A stretch of 58,311 bases of DNA, filler included, from Sphacelaria rigidula (lineage: Eukaryota), in assembly GCA_964200075.2 (NCBI GenBank). It is 9 parts of 9 records of this genome, joined end to end, with 100 filler letters (N's around TTAATTAATTAA, not from the genome) between each part and the next. Parts side by side here need not be neighbours in the genome. Positions count along the whole stretch, not along the records: positions 1 to 6,391 come from CAXNAA020020361.1; positions 6,492 to 12,881 come from CAXNAA020020362.1; 7 more parts are not named here. One strand, 5' to 3'. Every line of letters starts with the position of its first letter. Position 1 is the first letter of the stretch. Position numbers and translations under genes: made by a program. Positions 1 to 11,550 of the stretch are shown piece by piece. The notes under the pieces were generated by a model, which was not told the DNA's origin, made no database searches, and worked only from the letters and a program-made list of their open reading frames with translations.

Positions 1-124
1 AGCTCCCTCACGTTACAGAGTGCACACTCCTGTGTAAAAATTTTGAGATAATTTCTCCGCAGCTGCCCACAGCTGACAAACCTCTTCCAGAAACCAGCGG
101 GTTCCTCGTAATAAACGTTTATTA

Positions 125-381
125 TAGAGCCCTCCTGGACTCAGAACAAGGTCACAAGATTGCTCCAAGGGCTTCCTGAAGACTTCAAGACAGTTGTTAT
201 TCATAAACACACAGCCTTCGTTATCGGAAGTAGCCACATGCGTGAAGCAAGTGATGTTCAAATCCACATAGTCTGCCGATCAGACCCGCAAGTGCGTCAA
301 CCAATAATAGAAAACGCCTACAGCAGATTATTCCACTTGTATATCATCATGAACCTGCACGTACGTGTACTGGAGGTGGAC
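125..381 (+). repeat. ~255-bp direct repeat; second copy at ~5700-5968
   Basis: TAGAGCCCTCCTGGACTCAGAACA...GTGTACTGGAGGTGGAC is near-identical at both sites. ORFs 160..522 and 5456..6010 share the same peptide. Confidence 0.92.
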
Positions 382-2544
382 CACTGTACACGACGGTACC
401 GTCAGCTGGACAGTACATTAGAGTGTCGGGATTTTGCTGACGTTCAGCTGCGAATCGCGCTAGCTACTGTTTTTCAAGTCCCAAACCTTTCCAAGCGCTC
501 AAAACAAGACTTGGCGGGTTGACGTTGATGCTCGCTGTGCGTCGTGGGTACAGATCTGTTTTCCATGGCGGCATGATCGCATGAAGCAGTCACTTTATGC
601 CAGGCACTCTTGAGATTGTATCGTACAACCATACTTTTTTTTCTGAGGTTTCTGCGATCTTCACCTCACTTTTTGTTTTTACCTCGCTCCAAGACTTCAT
701 TATTTAGGTGACAGGCCGGGTGAATGCGGTGTGCACTAAGCTGCATGGCGAATAGAACCCATTTACTGCATCCAACCTCTGACATTCGAAGTTCTACGAG
801 CACGACGGAATCATGAAGTTTTCTCAATTTCTTGCCTTTCTTGATTCAAATTTCAGCAGCACGGGTGCTTTCCACTGCTCCGTCTCGCTGGCTGAAATGG
901 ATCATATATATGGAATAAGCCAGAGGGCTACGTCATGCTTTCAGCGACGGTACCAACCACCGTCGTGATCACCAGTCGATTCTCCCCTTGGCTTTTTGCA
1001 CCATAATTTTTGCGACAAACACATCGAATCAGCACTTCCACGGACCTTATAGAAAGCACCGCTTTTTCTTATGGCCTTGATCCGCCGCTGTGAGGATATG
1101 TGTCAAAGTTGTGGCATTTGGTTTCATGAACATACCGGGTACACCGCGACCAATTGCATACCCATATCTTTGATGCGCACCTGTGAGAACCTTTCCACAA
1201 ACGCGTTCGGCGTGCTGAAATTAATCTCTCAAGACCAAATTCTCACGAAACAGGCGTATGCGTTCAAACCGTCGCCCTCAACATCCCGATTCGCGCGGTT
1301 CAAACAATCACGCCCGATTTGACTTTGTAACTACGGTAGTGATCACAGCAATCTTAACCCACAGTGCAATCAGTCGTATTTTCAGGTTCGGGGCAAAAGC
1401 TTTCGGCCTAAGCCTACCCATGGCTCACTCTAGCGCCTTTCACCCGTATGCATAAGATCAATCATGAGACGGCAGACACCTCCTTGTGATTGAACCTCGC
1501 ACAGCGATTGAGCCCCGTCAGATTGATCTCTGTCCCTCCACTGATGCTACACGCGCCACTTGACGATGTTTTGAAAATTACCAACCCCGGGTTTTCAAAT
1601 AAGCATACAGTGAGGCGATTCAGAATGTACCACTGCCTCATAATTAGACCGTCGTCCTCTGCCCGTTTCGAATACACTTCGCGTTCATTCCTTATTGTCT
1701 GCCACTGGTCCACATTAGGAAACCAACGATTGACGGCAACACGCCGCGGACGTGCCCCCCTCCCCTTTCTTTCGCTCGGCCAGTAGACACATCACAGAAC
1801 TGAATCAATGTCGTACGGCACAGGTTCAGGTTTGTGATGCGGGCACACTGGGCTCGATCACGCTACTTGCATCATCGCCCCGAGTCACGGAACGATAGCT
1901 GACGTCCAATTTTCAAACCCATGCCTGAAACAAATCTCCTGACTCCAAACCACCAGGACTATTTTCAACGTCAACGAACTTCAAATTCTAAAGCCATCGG
2001 GACAAGTGGTGTCTCGCATTTGATACCGTTCAACATACCATTTCCTCTTTCGTACGATCAACACCTGAGTAACGGAGTGTAACAGCCAAGCAATATACCT
2101 GGAACTAGAATTAAACAAGTATCCAACACGTTTAGAACGCAGCTGGTCTCTTGCTAGTTCAACTCCGCAGAAACGTATTCATCGCATACCTCTTCTTCGT
2201 GAAAGATTTGAGGCTGTATCACGCCACTCAACATGAGCATACTGAAAAAAAAGCCATGGCTCAAAACGCTTTTCAAGCCATGTATACCTTTGCCTCTCAG
2301 CGCTAGCTCATCGGAGCAAATTGGCTTCGCGCATCCAACAGCAGCGGCAGCAGCGGCTGGATCAAATATCCCCGTTTCAGCCACCACCTCCTTCCTGCTC
2401 AGCGCACTCCTGAGCGACAACAGCGGCAGCCGACCTGTCTGTATTCCGCTCGAGCTGCGTGGCATGTTCGCCCTCTTCAACAGCAATACCAGCAGCATCC
2501 AAACAAGTGCTTACTGTGGTACTGTCGGCAGGCGCGTACTCATG

Positions 2545-2850
2545 CCTTCCCGCTTTGACAGACACGTGCTGTGTCTCCTTCCCGCTCTGCATAGTGGAAA
2601 CAGGTGCCCTGTATCGTTGCTCAAGACGCGCACCACCTACTGCACATTCGGCGGGTGCACTGTCGTGCCTGTCCCCACGGGCAGATACATGTTTCTCGGC
2701 TGTCACAGTGCAAGCAGCTGTCCTGTATCGTTGTTGCAGACGCGCACCGCCAAGTGCACGTCCGGCAAGCGCACAGTCGTGCCTATCCCCTCTGACAGAC
2801 ACGTGCTCTGTGGCAAGTGCGCGCTTCACAGTGCGATGCACCGCACCGGA
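2545..2850. repeat. Degenerate tandem repeat, ~2.5 units of 114-123 bp
   Basis: CCTGTATCGTTG occurs at ~2608 and ~2722, and GACAGACACGTGCT at ~2557 and ~2794. The minus ORF 2377..2841 repeats HVSxRGDRHD...GGARLxQRYR. Confidence 0.85.
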
Positions 2851-5800
2851 CGACGCACCGCATGCTTGCGCAACGCGAAAAGCAGCTGCTCGTTCTCAAC
2901 ATCATAATCATTTTTCAAGAACGTGTCACACAGACATATCGGCTGATTTCCCGCTCGAAAAACTGCGGCCATAGTGCGGCACCTCGAGCGCCAGTACAGG
3001 AACAACACGACCATCGATGATGACATATTGCTGCGCCTCATCAGTTTGAACAGTCGAGCAGGCTTTGCCGCTACCTCCACGCTTCTAATTAAGCGCCCAG
3101 CCACCACAACATGTGTACATTGTGGTCAATCACAAAGAAGCACCTTAACAGCTCAATAGCAGTTCCAGAAAAACCGGCGTTGTTTCTCGATCACAGAAAC
3201 AACAACTTTCCATACATCAGGGTGTGCTCGGCCACCACACGACAATGATCACAATGTCTCTTTCTCACGCAGGTCTCACCACCTGTTTGAAGTCCTTAGA
3301 CTCCTCTTCTTGAACGCGGCTGGTCAACCTTGAGCGAGCCATCTCGCAATCCTCCCGTCTGGGGTAGTAATTGCGCCACTTTTTTTTGGCAGACTCTCCG
3401 GGCAGCCCAGCTGGATCAATCGATACGAAAGCACACCCTGGCACTACCTCAGATCCTTCTCGGCTCTACTCCTGCCGTCGTTCTGCGCGCTGCCATCCTT
3501 TCAAAAGGCTTCTTTCTTTCAGATGCCTTGGCTTTTATGACCAGCGCCTCTCTTTCCGTCGCTTTCTCCCCCCCCTGTCTCTCCGTGAGCGTCCCCCAAA
3601 TACAGACTGTGGGGTGCGGCTTCAGAATCCTTTTCAGAAAAGGACAAGTTTCCTGACTAAACGTTCATTGTAGGCTTGTCTGAAATCAGAACAAGGTCGC
3701 AGTGCTGCTCCAGAGGCTTCTTCCCTGTCACGGGCTCCAGAGTCTTCAAGACTCAAACAGTTACACAAACAGCAGTCCTTATTAAAACCGGAAGTGACCT
3801 GCGCACCTCGTCTGCAAACATCATATATCACGGAGTCCGTCGATCATACTCTCAGACCCGGTATTCATCCAACAGCCTAGAAACGCCTGCTATGCATTTT
3901 CCACTGACATGGTCGTGATTCCAGATCCCGAGTCTAAAATGGCCTTGACCGGACAAGCACTCTGTGCCCCTGCATTCGGTAGAGACAAGTCGGCGAGACA
4001 CCATCGTTCCTCTTTTTCTACGCGTATACCCTCAGATTGAAAACTTGATACCTCAGCCGCTTCAAGCGATCTTTAGACTTCTGTCACTCAAGATCATATC
4101 GCCATGTGGACTCCTCCCATCACGGGCACATGGACTTCAGCAGCTTCAGTTATACATGTATTACCCCTCAGCATATTACAGGAGAACAGGACCATAGCCT
4201 CTCTCCACCAGATTGGCAAAAACGGCTCTACTCGTCATGGAGGTCACCCATCGCAGAGTCCGGCAATCAGACCCGCAACTCCACCTACAATGTCCCTGAC
4301 CTTAGGTAGCAATGGTGGCTAGAGTCTACAGCACCCCCAAAGCTCTCTACTTACTACCAACAAGTAGTTACATCAGAGCTTGACAAACTCAGACATCATT
4401 GGTGCCTGATAGATAGTACCGTCGTTTTCCGCAACGATTAGCAATCTCTTCTGCTGCTTTCGACAAAAGTTCATACAAGCTTGCCCCACTTCCGAACAAC
4501 TCGCAAGAGATCCCAAGAAAATATCGTCCATCATGAACATGCAATCACGCTACTTGCACCACTTCGAGTTACAAAACGATAGCTAGCGCCAAATTCTCAA
4601 ATGTTCGCCCAAAACAAGTCTCTTGACTCTTTATCGGCACGGAACGGGAAATGTCAGGGAACGTCAAATTCCAGAGCATTCGCGACTCATCGTCCCTCTC
4701 ATCCGAAACAAGGTACTTCTCAACATACAAAATGCACTGTTTGTACGTTCAACACCAGCGCAACGAAGTGCAACAGCCAAATGGTACATCATCCTCACGC
4801 AAAATGGAAATAAGCACCCAACACGTCTAAAATGCACCTGGCCTCTTGCTTCTGCAATACCGGAAACAACGTATGCATCGCATGCCTCCCCACCGTCAAA
4901 GCTTCAATGCTTCAACTTGCCATCATTTCATCAAGATAATCAAAGGAAAGGCATGCCTCAAACCGCTATTCAAGTCATGCATACTAATCCAACNNNNNNN
5001 NNNACCTCGACCTCCGCCATCATTCATCACCCCTCGTGATCTCGTTCTAGAACTCTTGTTTTCGAGGAAATCCCGGACATTTCTATATCCCGGTTGGATC
5101 TTGGACCGTCATATCCCATCCGTGCAGCAGCCATAATGTAGAAATAATGATTTCCTCGACACTCTTGCAGTCCACCCGCACCAGTTCTTCGAACAAATGG
5201 ACGCATGCATCATCCACATGCTCCTTCTGACATGAACGAAAAACCAACCTCGTGCTTGCTCAAACACGTGACAATCCATATAAAAACATGCGCGCATAAT
5301 GTTTTTATCTTCAAACACCGGAAGCACTCGCGTCATACCTGCTCACATACGACGAGCCCACGCATTTTGTATATTTCAGCTCATTTTCGCGCTTACAGCA
5401 GCAAATCATATATCCTGCAGTCAGTACGTGCAAACCGCACAAATATGATTCGACTGTGTTCCTGCGCGAACAAGATTGTACGAGTTTCTCTTCATTTCGC
5501 ATACAGCAGTATATTGAAAACTGCCCCACTCTATGTCGTCACCAGATACCATTCATATCAGTACCATTAGAGCAAACATTCGCACACGCCTGCCAAAATT
5601 CCACTCAGCACATGAAAATCCGCGCATGCATGCCAATATTTCACTCAGCACATACAATGCCACCTTCCTCGCAGCAAATACCATGCATCATCCGTGCGAT
5701 AGAGCCCTCCTGGACTCAGAACATGGTCACAAGATTGCTCCAAGGGCTTCCTCCCTCACTAGGGCATGGAGACTTCAAGACAGTTGTTATTCAGGAACAC

Positions 5801-6391
5801 ACAGCCTTCGTTATCGGAAGTAGCCACATGCGTGAAGCATGTGATCTTCAAATCCACATCGTCTGCCGATCAGACCCGCAAGTGCGTCAACCAATAGAAA
5901 ACGCCTACAGCAGATTATTCCACTTGTATATCATCATGAACCTGCACGTACGTGTACTGGAGGTGGACTACTCTACAGCACCCCCCAAAACTCCGCACTA
6001 CTCGAAGTAGAACGCGATTTTGACAAACAGTAGACACCAACAAACACGTTCATGCTACCTTTGTCCGCCTGTTGGTGACAAATGACCGTGCTATGTCATG
6101 TTCACAAAAAAATGACCATTCGCAAAACGCTGAACAACGACACTTGAACACAGCGTCTCAATCGAATTTAGTGAAGTCAATAAGTCATTCAACGGCAATT
6201 TCCAGTCGTGGCATGCTCACACAAAGCAAACGCGCCGAGGATAATACCATTTCAAACCGAAGCATTCAATCATATCACGCACACAAAGCTTAATACCGTC
6301 CTTTGTCTACAACCGTCCCCGCACCTTTTGACTCAGTTCCAACTGCCGCAGCTCAGAACAAATATACGGTGCTTCTTCCAGAAAAATGGGC

Positions 6392-6491
6392 NNNNNNNNN
6401 NNNNNNNNNNNNNNNNNNNNNNNNNNNNNNNNNNNTTAATTAATTAANNNNNNNNNNNNNNNNNNNNNNNNNNNNNNNNNNNNNNNNNNNN
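6392..6491. other. Artificial contig-joining linker N44-TTAATTAATTAA-N44. Identical linkers lie at 12882-12981, 19372-19471, 25862-25961, 32352-32451, 38842-38941, 45332-45431 and 51822-51921.
   Basis: Eight identical 100-nt blocks occur at exactly 6490-nt spacing. TTAATTAATTAA places stop codons in all six frames. Segments are 6391 or 6390 nt, as expected for length-sorted contigs. Confidence 0.98.
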
Positions 6492-7545
6492 ATTTGGGGT
6501 CTACCAAGGCCTCACTTTGTTCAAAGAATGTATGTACCGCCCTTGCCCGAGGGTTCTCGGTGAGCGTTGGGTTGGATCAACCCAACTAGCCTCCTGGCAT
6601 TCCACCGTATCGTGAGCATGGGCGAAAAGCTACGCAGTGGCATCCAGCATATGTGGAACAACAACGCAAGTAACGGTAGGGTTCTCTATATGAATTTTGG
6701 ATCCATGTCGTTCTCTTCCGATGACGTTGGGCATATTTTACCCGACGAGCCTGAATAAACCCCAAAAGTCGATATGTTCGTGTCTTTTCGTGATTTTGGT
6801 CGGTGACACTTTTTTTGCCCAGTTTGAGGGGTCAGGCGCACCCATAACTGTGCCCCTTGCCGTGTGCCCGTCAAACGCTCGCCATGCACACAGTTATGGG
6901 TAGAAATGGGGGCCGATTTTGGGTACTATATTCCTCGAAAGTGCAAGCTGAACGCTATATTCGTCAGAAGTGGCCCGTAATCCAACGAATCATATCAATG
7001 GAAAATACACGCGTCACCTACAATCAACGATCTGGCTCACATGAAATGAACTATATTTTGAGTTTATTTTTTCAAGCCTGGGAGTGGTCGGTGTTGAGGT
7101 GATATTCTTCCTCCGGAAAGCTCTCTCCACACCAGCAGATGGACAATCTTGGTGCACGAACTATTGTCCCGCTTCTGTCTTTGCCACTCAAACTTGGCGC
7201 ACTGCATGTCCTACACACAGCCGTGACTGCGGGATTGGAGAGTGAACTTTTTACGGGCCCCGTGGGGTCGGGGTCATAGCATGAGTGGAAGGAATCCCAT
7301 CTTGTCAGTCGCTTGGGCACGGTCTGGTGTACTCTGTCCAGATCAACACAATCAACGCCTTGGGTTCTGTCTCGGAACCGTTTGCCACAAACAGCCGTAT
7401 TTCATCTGTGAACTCGTCCTCTACAAGTCAAGGGATGAAGGATATTCACTCATGATATGTGAGGTTGTCCTTTGTGCACATCCCCAGAGAACAGAGCAGC
7501 ACATGGCGGACCGCGACCGAAGAAAATATCATGACATTTATTGAT

Positions 7546-9697
7546 GGGCATTATACAGAAAAGGGTACACCCTGGTGCTTCGGGAACAAGGAAGGGAAAC
7601 GCTTTTTTCGCTTCGGGGCGCGGCGCTGCACGCTGGCTGAACACCCCGAAAACACGTTCCAGCACCTCAGCCCCACGCCCAAGATCTCTGGGCTGCATAC
7701 CCGTCCATATTTTTTCATTTTCACAAGTGTTACGGGGCTGAACTACGGCGCCGAAAATGGAAGCCTGTGAGAGTACCCTTTTTTGTAAGCAAACCAAGAG
7801 GGTACACCCTGCCCTCTGCTAAAGAGTTGTATCTACCCTTTTTTGCTCTTCTCTTGATCCTTTTTTGTGAAGTGGTGACCCTTTTTTGTGAAGTGGTGAC
7901 CGTATCGCCGTCTCAGCACAAGTTACGCCGAGCAGTCACAACCATAGCTATTTTCGGTGAAACTATACCCCACCAAAAAAGGCCGAAACCCAACGACCAG
8001 AAGAGTGTAGCCCTCCTGTTGGTCGCTCCGAAGACCCGGAATATCCAACGATGCATACAGGTGGCTTGTTTGCCGGAGCTCACAAAAATCCAACGAACAT
8101 GGGTGAACATCTTGCCGACACACCAGCCCGAACGGCATCATGCGGAGACAACATCAGACCGTTGCCGGATCTGCACTTTGCGGCACGGAAACGGAGATGG
8201 ACACCGACCGGAGTCCGGGTTGGAGCAAAAACGCTTGAAGCGAACGGCACAGACTGTACAATCGGGTGTCTTCCTCTGATCGTTGCCGTTGCACCCATGT
8301 CCCTTCCAGACCAGCGCTTGATCGCCGTGAACGACGGACCACAGCCCAAGCAACACGTACAGAAAACTTATTGCTATCCACAGCAGCAAAGGTCAACACG
8401 CTACAACGCCGAGGAACAATGACAACGCCCCCCACAAATGATGCTATGCTGCGAGCCGGCGCTGATCATTCACCAAACAGCAAATTGTGCACCCTCGGCC
8501 CACCTCCAGAGAAAAGGAGATTCAGGGGCTCTGAGTGATGATACATTATGGAAGGGTCATACACGTGAAACAGAGTGAAGTTGGATCGGGGGAAAAAGGT
8601 ATCGTACGCTGTGCCGCGTCGTGTACACAGTCAAACGTCGACTACACCACCGTCGTTCATGTACCTTGTATTTTCGAACCCGGTTCACGCTGTGCGCATT
8701 TTAGATGCAGTAATGCAGGACTAAGCCCAGTGAATGTAGCGTAGGCACAAGTTTGACTCGTGCAACACAGACGCCCCTCACATGAGGCCAGATGAACGAT
8801 GCCACATCCGAGTTTCAGAACAGTCGTTTCATCACTGCACAAAACGCCTTTTTTTCAAGAGCATGTGGGCATACTGGGCGGTGCGCCGACCTCGCAGCTT
8901 TGAGTATTCCGAGTTATGGCCTCATGGGTGCAACGGCAACGATTAGAGGAAGACACCCGATTGTACAGTCTGCGCCGTTCGCTTCAAGCGATTTTGCTCC
9001 AACCCGGACTCCGGTCGGTGTCCATCTCCGTTTCCGTGCCGCAAAGTGCAGATCCGGCAACGGTCTGATGTTGTCTCCGCATGATGCCGTTCGGGCTGGT
9101 GTGCCGGCAAGATGTTCACCGATGCTCGTTGGATTTTTGTGAGCTCCGGCAAACAAGCCACCTGTATGCATCGTTGGATATTCCGGGTCTTCGGAGCGAC
9201 CAACAGGGGGGCTACACTCTTCTGGTCGTTGGGTTTCGGCCTTTTTTGGTGGGGTATAGTTTCACCGAAAATGGCTATGGTTGTGACTGCTCGGCGTAAC
9301 TTGTGCTGAGACGGCGATACGGTCACAATTTCACAAAAAGGGGTCACCACTTCACAGAAAAGGGTCACCACTTCACAAAAAAGGATCAAGAGAAGAGCAA
9401 AAAAGGGTAGATACAACTCTTTAGCAGAGGGCAGGGTGTACCCTCCTGGTTTGCTTACAAAAAAGGGTACTCTCACAGGCTTCCATTTTCGGCGCCGTAG
9501 TTCAGCCCAGTAACACTTGTGAAAATGAAAAAATATGGACAGGTATGCTGCCCAGAGAACTTGGGCGTGGGGCTGAGGTGCTGGAACGTGTTTTCGGGGT
9601 GTTCAGCCAGCGTGCAGCGCCGCGCCCCGAAGCGAAAAAAGCGTTTCCCTTTCTTGTTCCAGAAGCACCAGGGTGTACCCTTTTCTGTATATTGCCC
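7546..9697. mobile_element. Non-autonomous foldback / Mutator-like (MULE) DNA element, 2152 bp, with long TIRs at 7546-8299 and 8923-9697 and a 9-bp TSD TTTATTGAT
   Basis: The two arms are near-identical reverse complements; the right arm has one extra 21-bp unit. Termini are GGGCA...TGCCC. TTTATTGAT lies at 7537-7545 and at 9698-9706. The 623-bp spacer encodes no transposase. A 9-bp TSD with long G-starting TIRs is the established Mutator/Foldback signature. Confidence 0.88.
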
Positions 9698-9844
9698 TTT
9701 ATTGATGCCAAAAAATGACATGGGGCCGAAGATGCAAGTTAGCGCAAATCGCATATGGTTTAATACTATTTTTAGTATGTACAGGCAATCCCTCAAAACA
9801 TCATGGCCCTGCCGACATGGTCATACATGGTCACTGCGTAGTTG

Positions 9845-10370
9845 AAATAAAAACCACTCTTGCGCCTTGGCTTCTCCGCTGGAACCCTCAGACACAACAG
9901 CCGAAGTTTATGTGTGACCCCGCCCTCTGCAACTCAATACATGAAGGGTATTCGCTGTTGAAAGGCGAACTTGCCCTCTGTGCACAGCCGTACAGAACGA
10001 AGCAGCACCTGGTGGCACGCCACGAAGTGAAATGCCGTCACGAACTGCACGCAGCCCAAAACGAAGCTCTCATTCTTCGATTATCAATGGTATATACCAT
10101 CAGTTACTGTATACATGACCGCAGTCGCCAGCAGGTGTAAGGCAGTGCACATACTAAAATCGCTATCGACGCCTTGGCTTCTGCACTGAAGCGCTGACAC
10201 GAAGCAGCCGGCATCTTTGTCTTTCTTCTGTGGACTTTCCCTCTGTAATTCGACACTTGGAAGGATACTCGCCGTTGAAAGGCGAAATTGCCCTTTGTGC
10301 ACAGCCGCACAGAGCAAAGCAGCGGCTTGTGGCACGCAACCAAACTGCATACAGTATCGTCACAACTTGC
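9845..10370. repeat. Degenerate ~310-bp tandem repeat (two units here; a third unit at ~7340-7536 is interrupted by the foldback element)
   Basis: Shared blocks CGCCTTGG, GAAGG(A/G)TA(T/C)TC and GCCCT(T/C)TGTGCACA...AGCAGC recur at ~7356, ~9863 and ~10170. Confidence 0.7.
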
Positions 10371-11347
10371 TTGCGGCAGGGAAAACAATGTGCGCACCTA
10401 TTTTTTTCAATTTGCCATCTTCGACCTCGGAAAAAGTTACTGAGCCTCAACCCAAAAGTGCCGATCGCGCAACGCTTATATCTCGGCAACGAAGCGGGGG
10501 ATTGGACTGCGGATTCTTGCGTGCGCTCCCCACATACCCAAGCAAGCTATGTGATCTAGCTTGTTTTCGCGTTTGCGCGTGATACTGACTCGCAAATAAC
10601 CCGAATATACCAAGACAAGGTGTTTTCCGCTTTGAGGGAGGATTTCCGGGCCGCTGACGCGACGCCAGCATAATACCAATCTAAATCCCGTAGATCTTGT
10701 GTGTATGCGGGGGGCTGCCAAGTGCAGTGGACCGGCTTGCTTCCTGTGTCGAGAACCGAGCGATCTCCAGTGCTACAGCTTTCCCATTCGAAACCAAGTT
10801 AGTAAGCGATGAAGCATGTGCTCTATTCGTGAGGGCCTCGGCACAGGTCCGGCCACTTACTGACGCGTTCATTATTCCTCCGCGTTATTTCTTATTTCAA
10901 ATCTTGTGTCGATTTTTGGTCGTAAGGGCCCCAATTCCTACCTATAACAGTGTGGACGCGTTGTGACTACTGTCTCTATTGCACAGGACCCTGCATCATC
11001 TCGCACAGTACATGGCAAAACGGGGCACAGCTTGGAACACCCTGGGGGCTACGTCCCGTGAGAGGTGCTTCCTCAGGGTAACACCTGAACTTGGCGTCGT
11101 GTGATGCAGCCCGGGGATAGGTCGTACGGGGCTACACACACCAATGATTCCGAGGAGATAGTATGACGCAGTATCATCGGCATGTTGGCATCGGTGGAAT
11201 ACGTGCCCGGAGTTCCGTCTGTTCTTGAAATTCGTCATAGAGATCTTTCATGTGTGTGGAATTCTCTCTTCAGGCAGCCTGGGCCAAGACACGCCATGCC
11301 GAGGAATTGTTTGCTGTGCTACCATTAGAGACGCTTTCTGCGATGGT

Positions 11348-11550
11348 CCCCCCCAACAAAGTGGCTGGTTTTGGGAGGCAAAATCTCCACGTAAACCGAA
11401 ATGAAAAATGCCGAGCACAGCGAGCAGCTGGGAATTCCCACGCTTGCATTCGTTTTCGCCACTGTCACCTATATGAGGCGCTTCATGCAGCCTGAAACCA
11501 AGCATCAGGTATTGTATGATCCTCTTCTTCGTAACAGTTTTAGGGGGGGG
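11348..11550. mobile_element. ~200-bp MITE-like repeat with C7AA..AGTG / CA.TTTT.G8 inverted ends; partial copies at 12826-12881 and 45432-45607
   Basis: GGGAGGCAAAATCT..ACG.AAA.CGAAA is shared by three contigs. GGGAATTCCCACGCTTG...GGCGCTTCATGCAGCCTGAA is shared by this copy and the 45432 copy. Confidence 0.65.

Larger units (their letters stand above)
125..6300 (-). mobile_element. Mosaic of highly decayed Ty1/Copia-like pol (RT/RNase H) relics; includes a 10-N gap at 4994-5003
   Basis: Minus-strand peptides echo the better-preserved Copia in contig 6. LPVFEDKN (~5310-5330) matches CIPVFEDNQ. NVFVGVYCLSKS (~6020-6055) matches HVFADADYASKA. MMDDIF (~4520-4535) resembles the VHVDDIF RT motif. 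THVATSDNEGCVF..EVF (~180-245) resembles IHVRSEYQHAYFL..ESF. REVYSKRAEDDGLI..NPGLVIFKT (1570-1690) resembles the RT N-terminus. There are many stops and frameshifts. Confidence 0.45.

Noticed and set aside
125..5968. The 255-bp direct repeats as an LTR pair of an intact retrotransposon
   Set aside because: There are no TG..CA ends, PBS, PPT or TSD, and the repeat itself looks like decayed RNase H coding sequence.
6436..6447. Regularly spaced TTAATTAATTAA as a biological repeat or CRISPR-like array
   Set aside because: It is always embedded in fixed N-runs at exact spacing, so it is a synthetic linker.
7767..9476. Paired ORFs 7767..8279 (+) and 8943..9476 (-) as duplicated genes
   Set aside because: They lie wholly within the TIR arms, begin at GTG, have no domain or splice signals, and exist twice only because of the inverted repeat.
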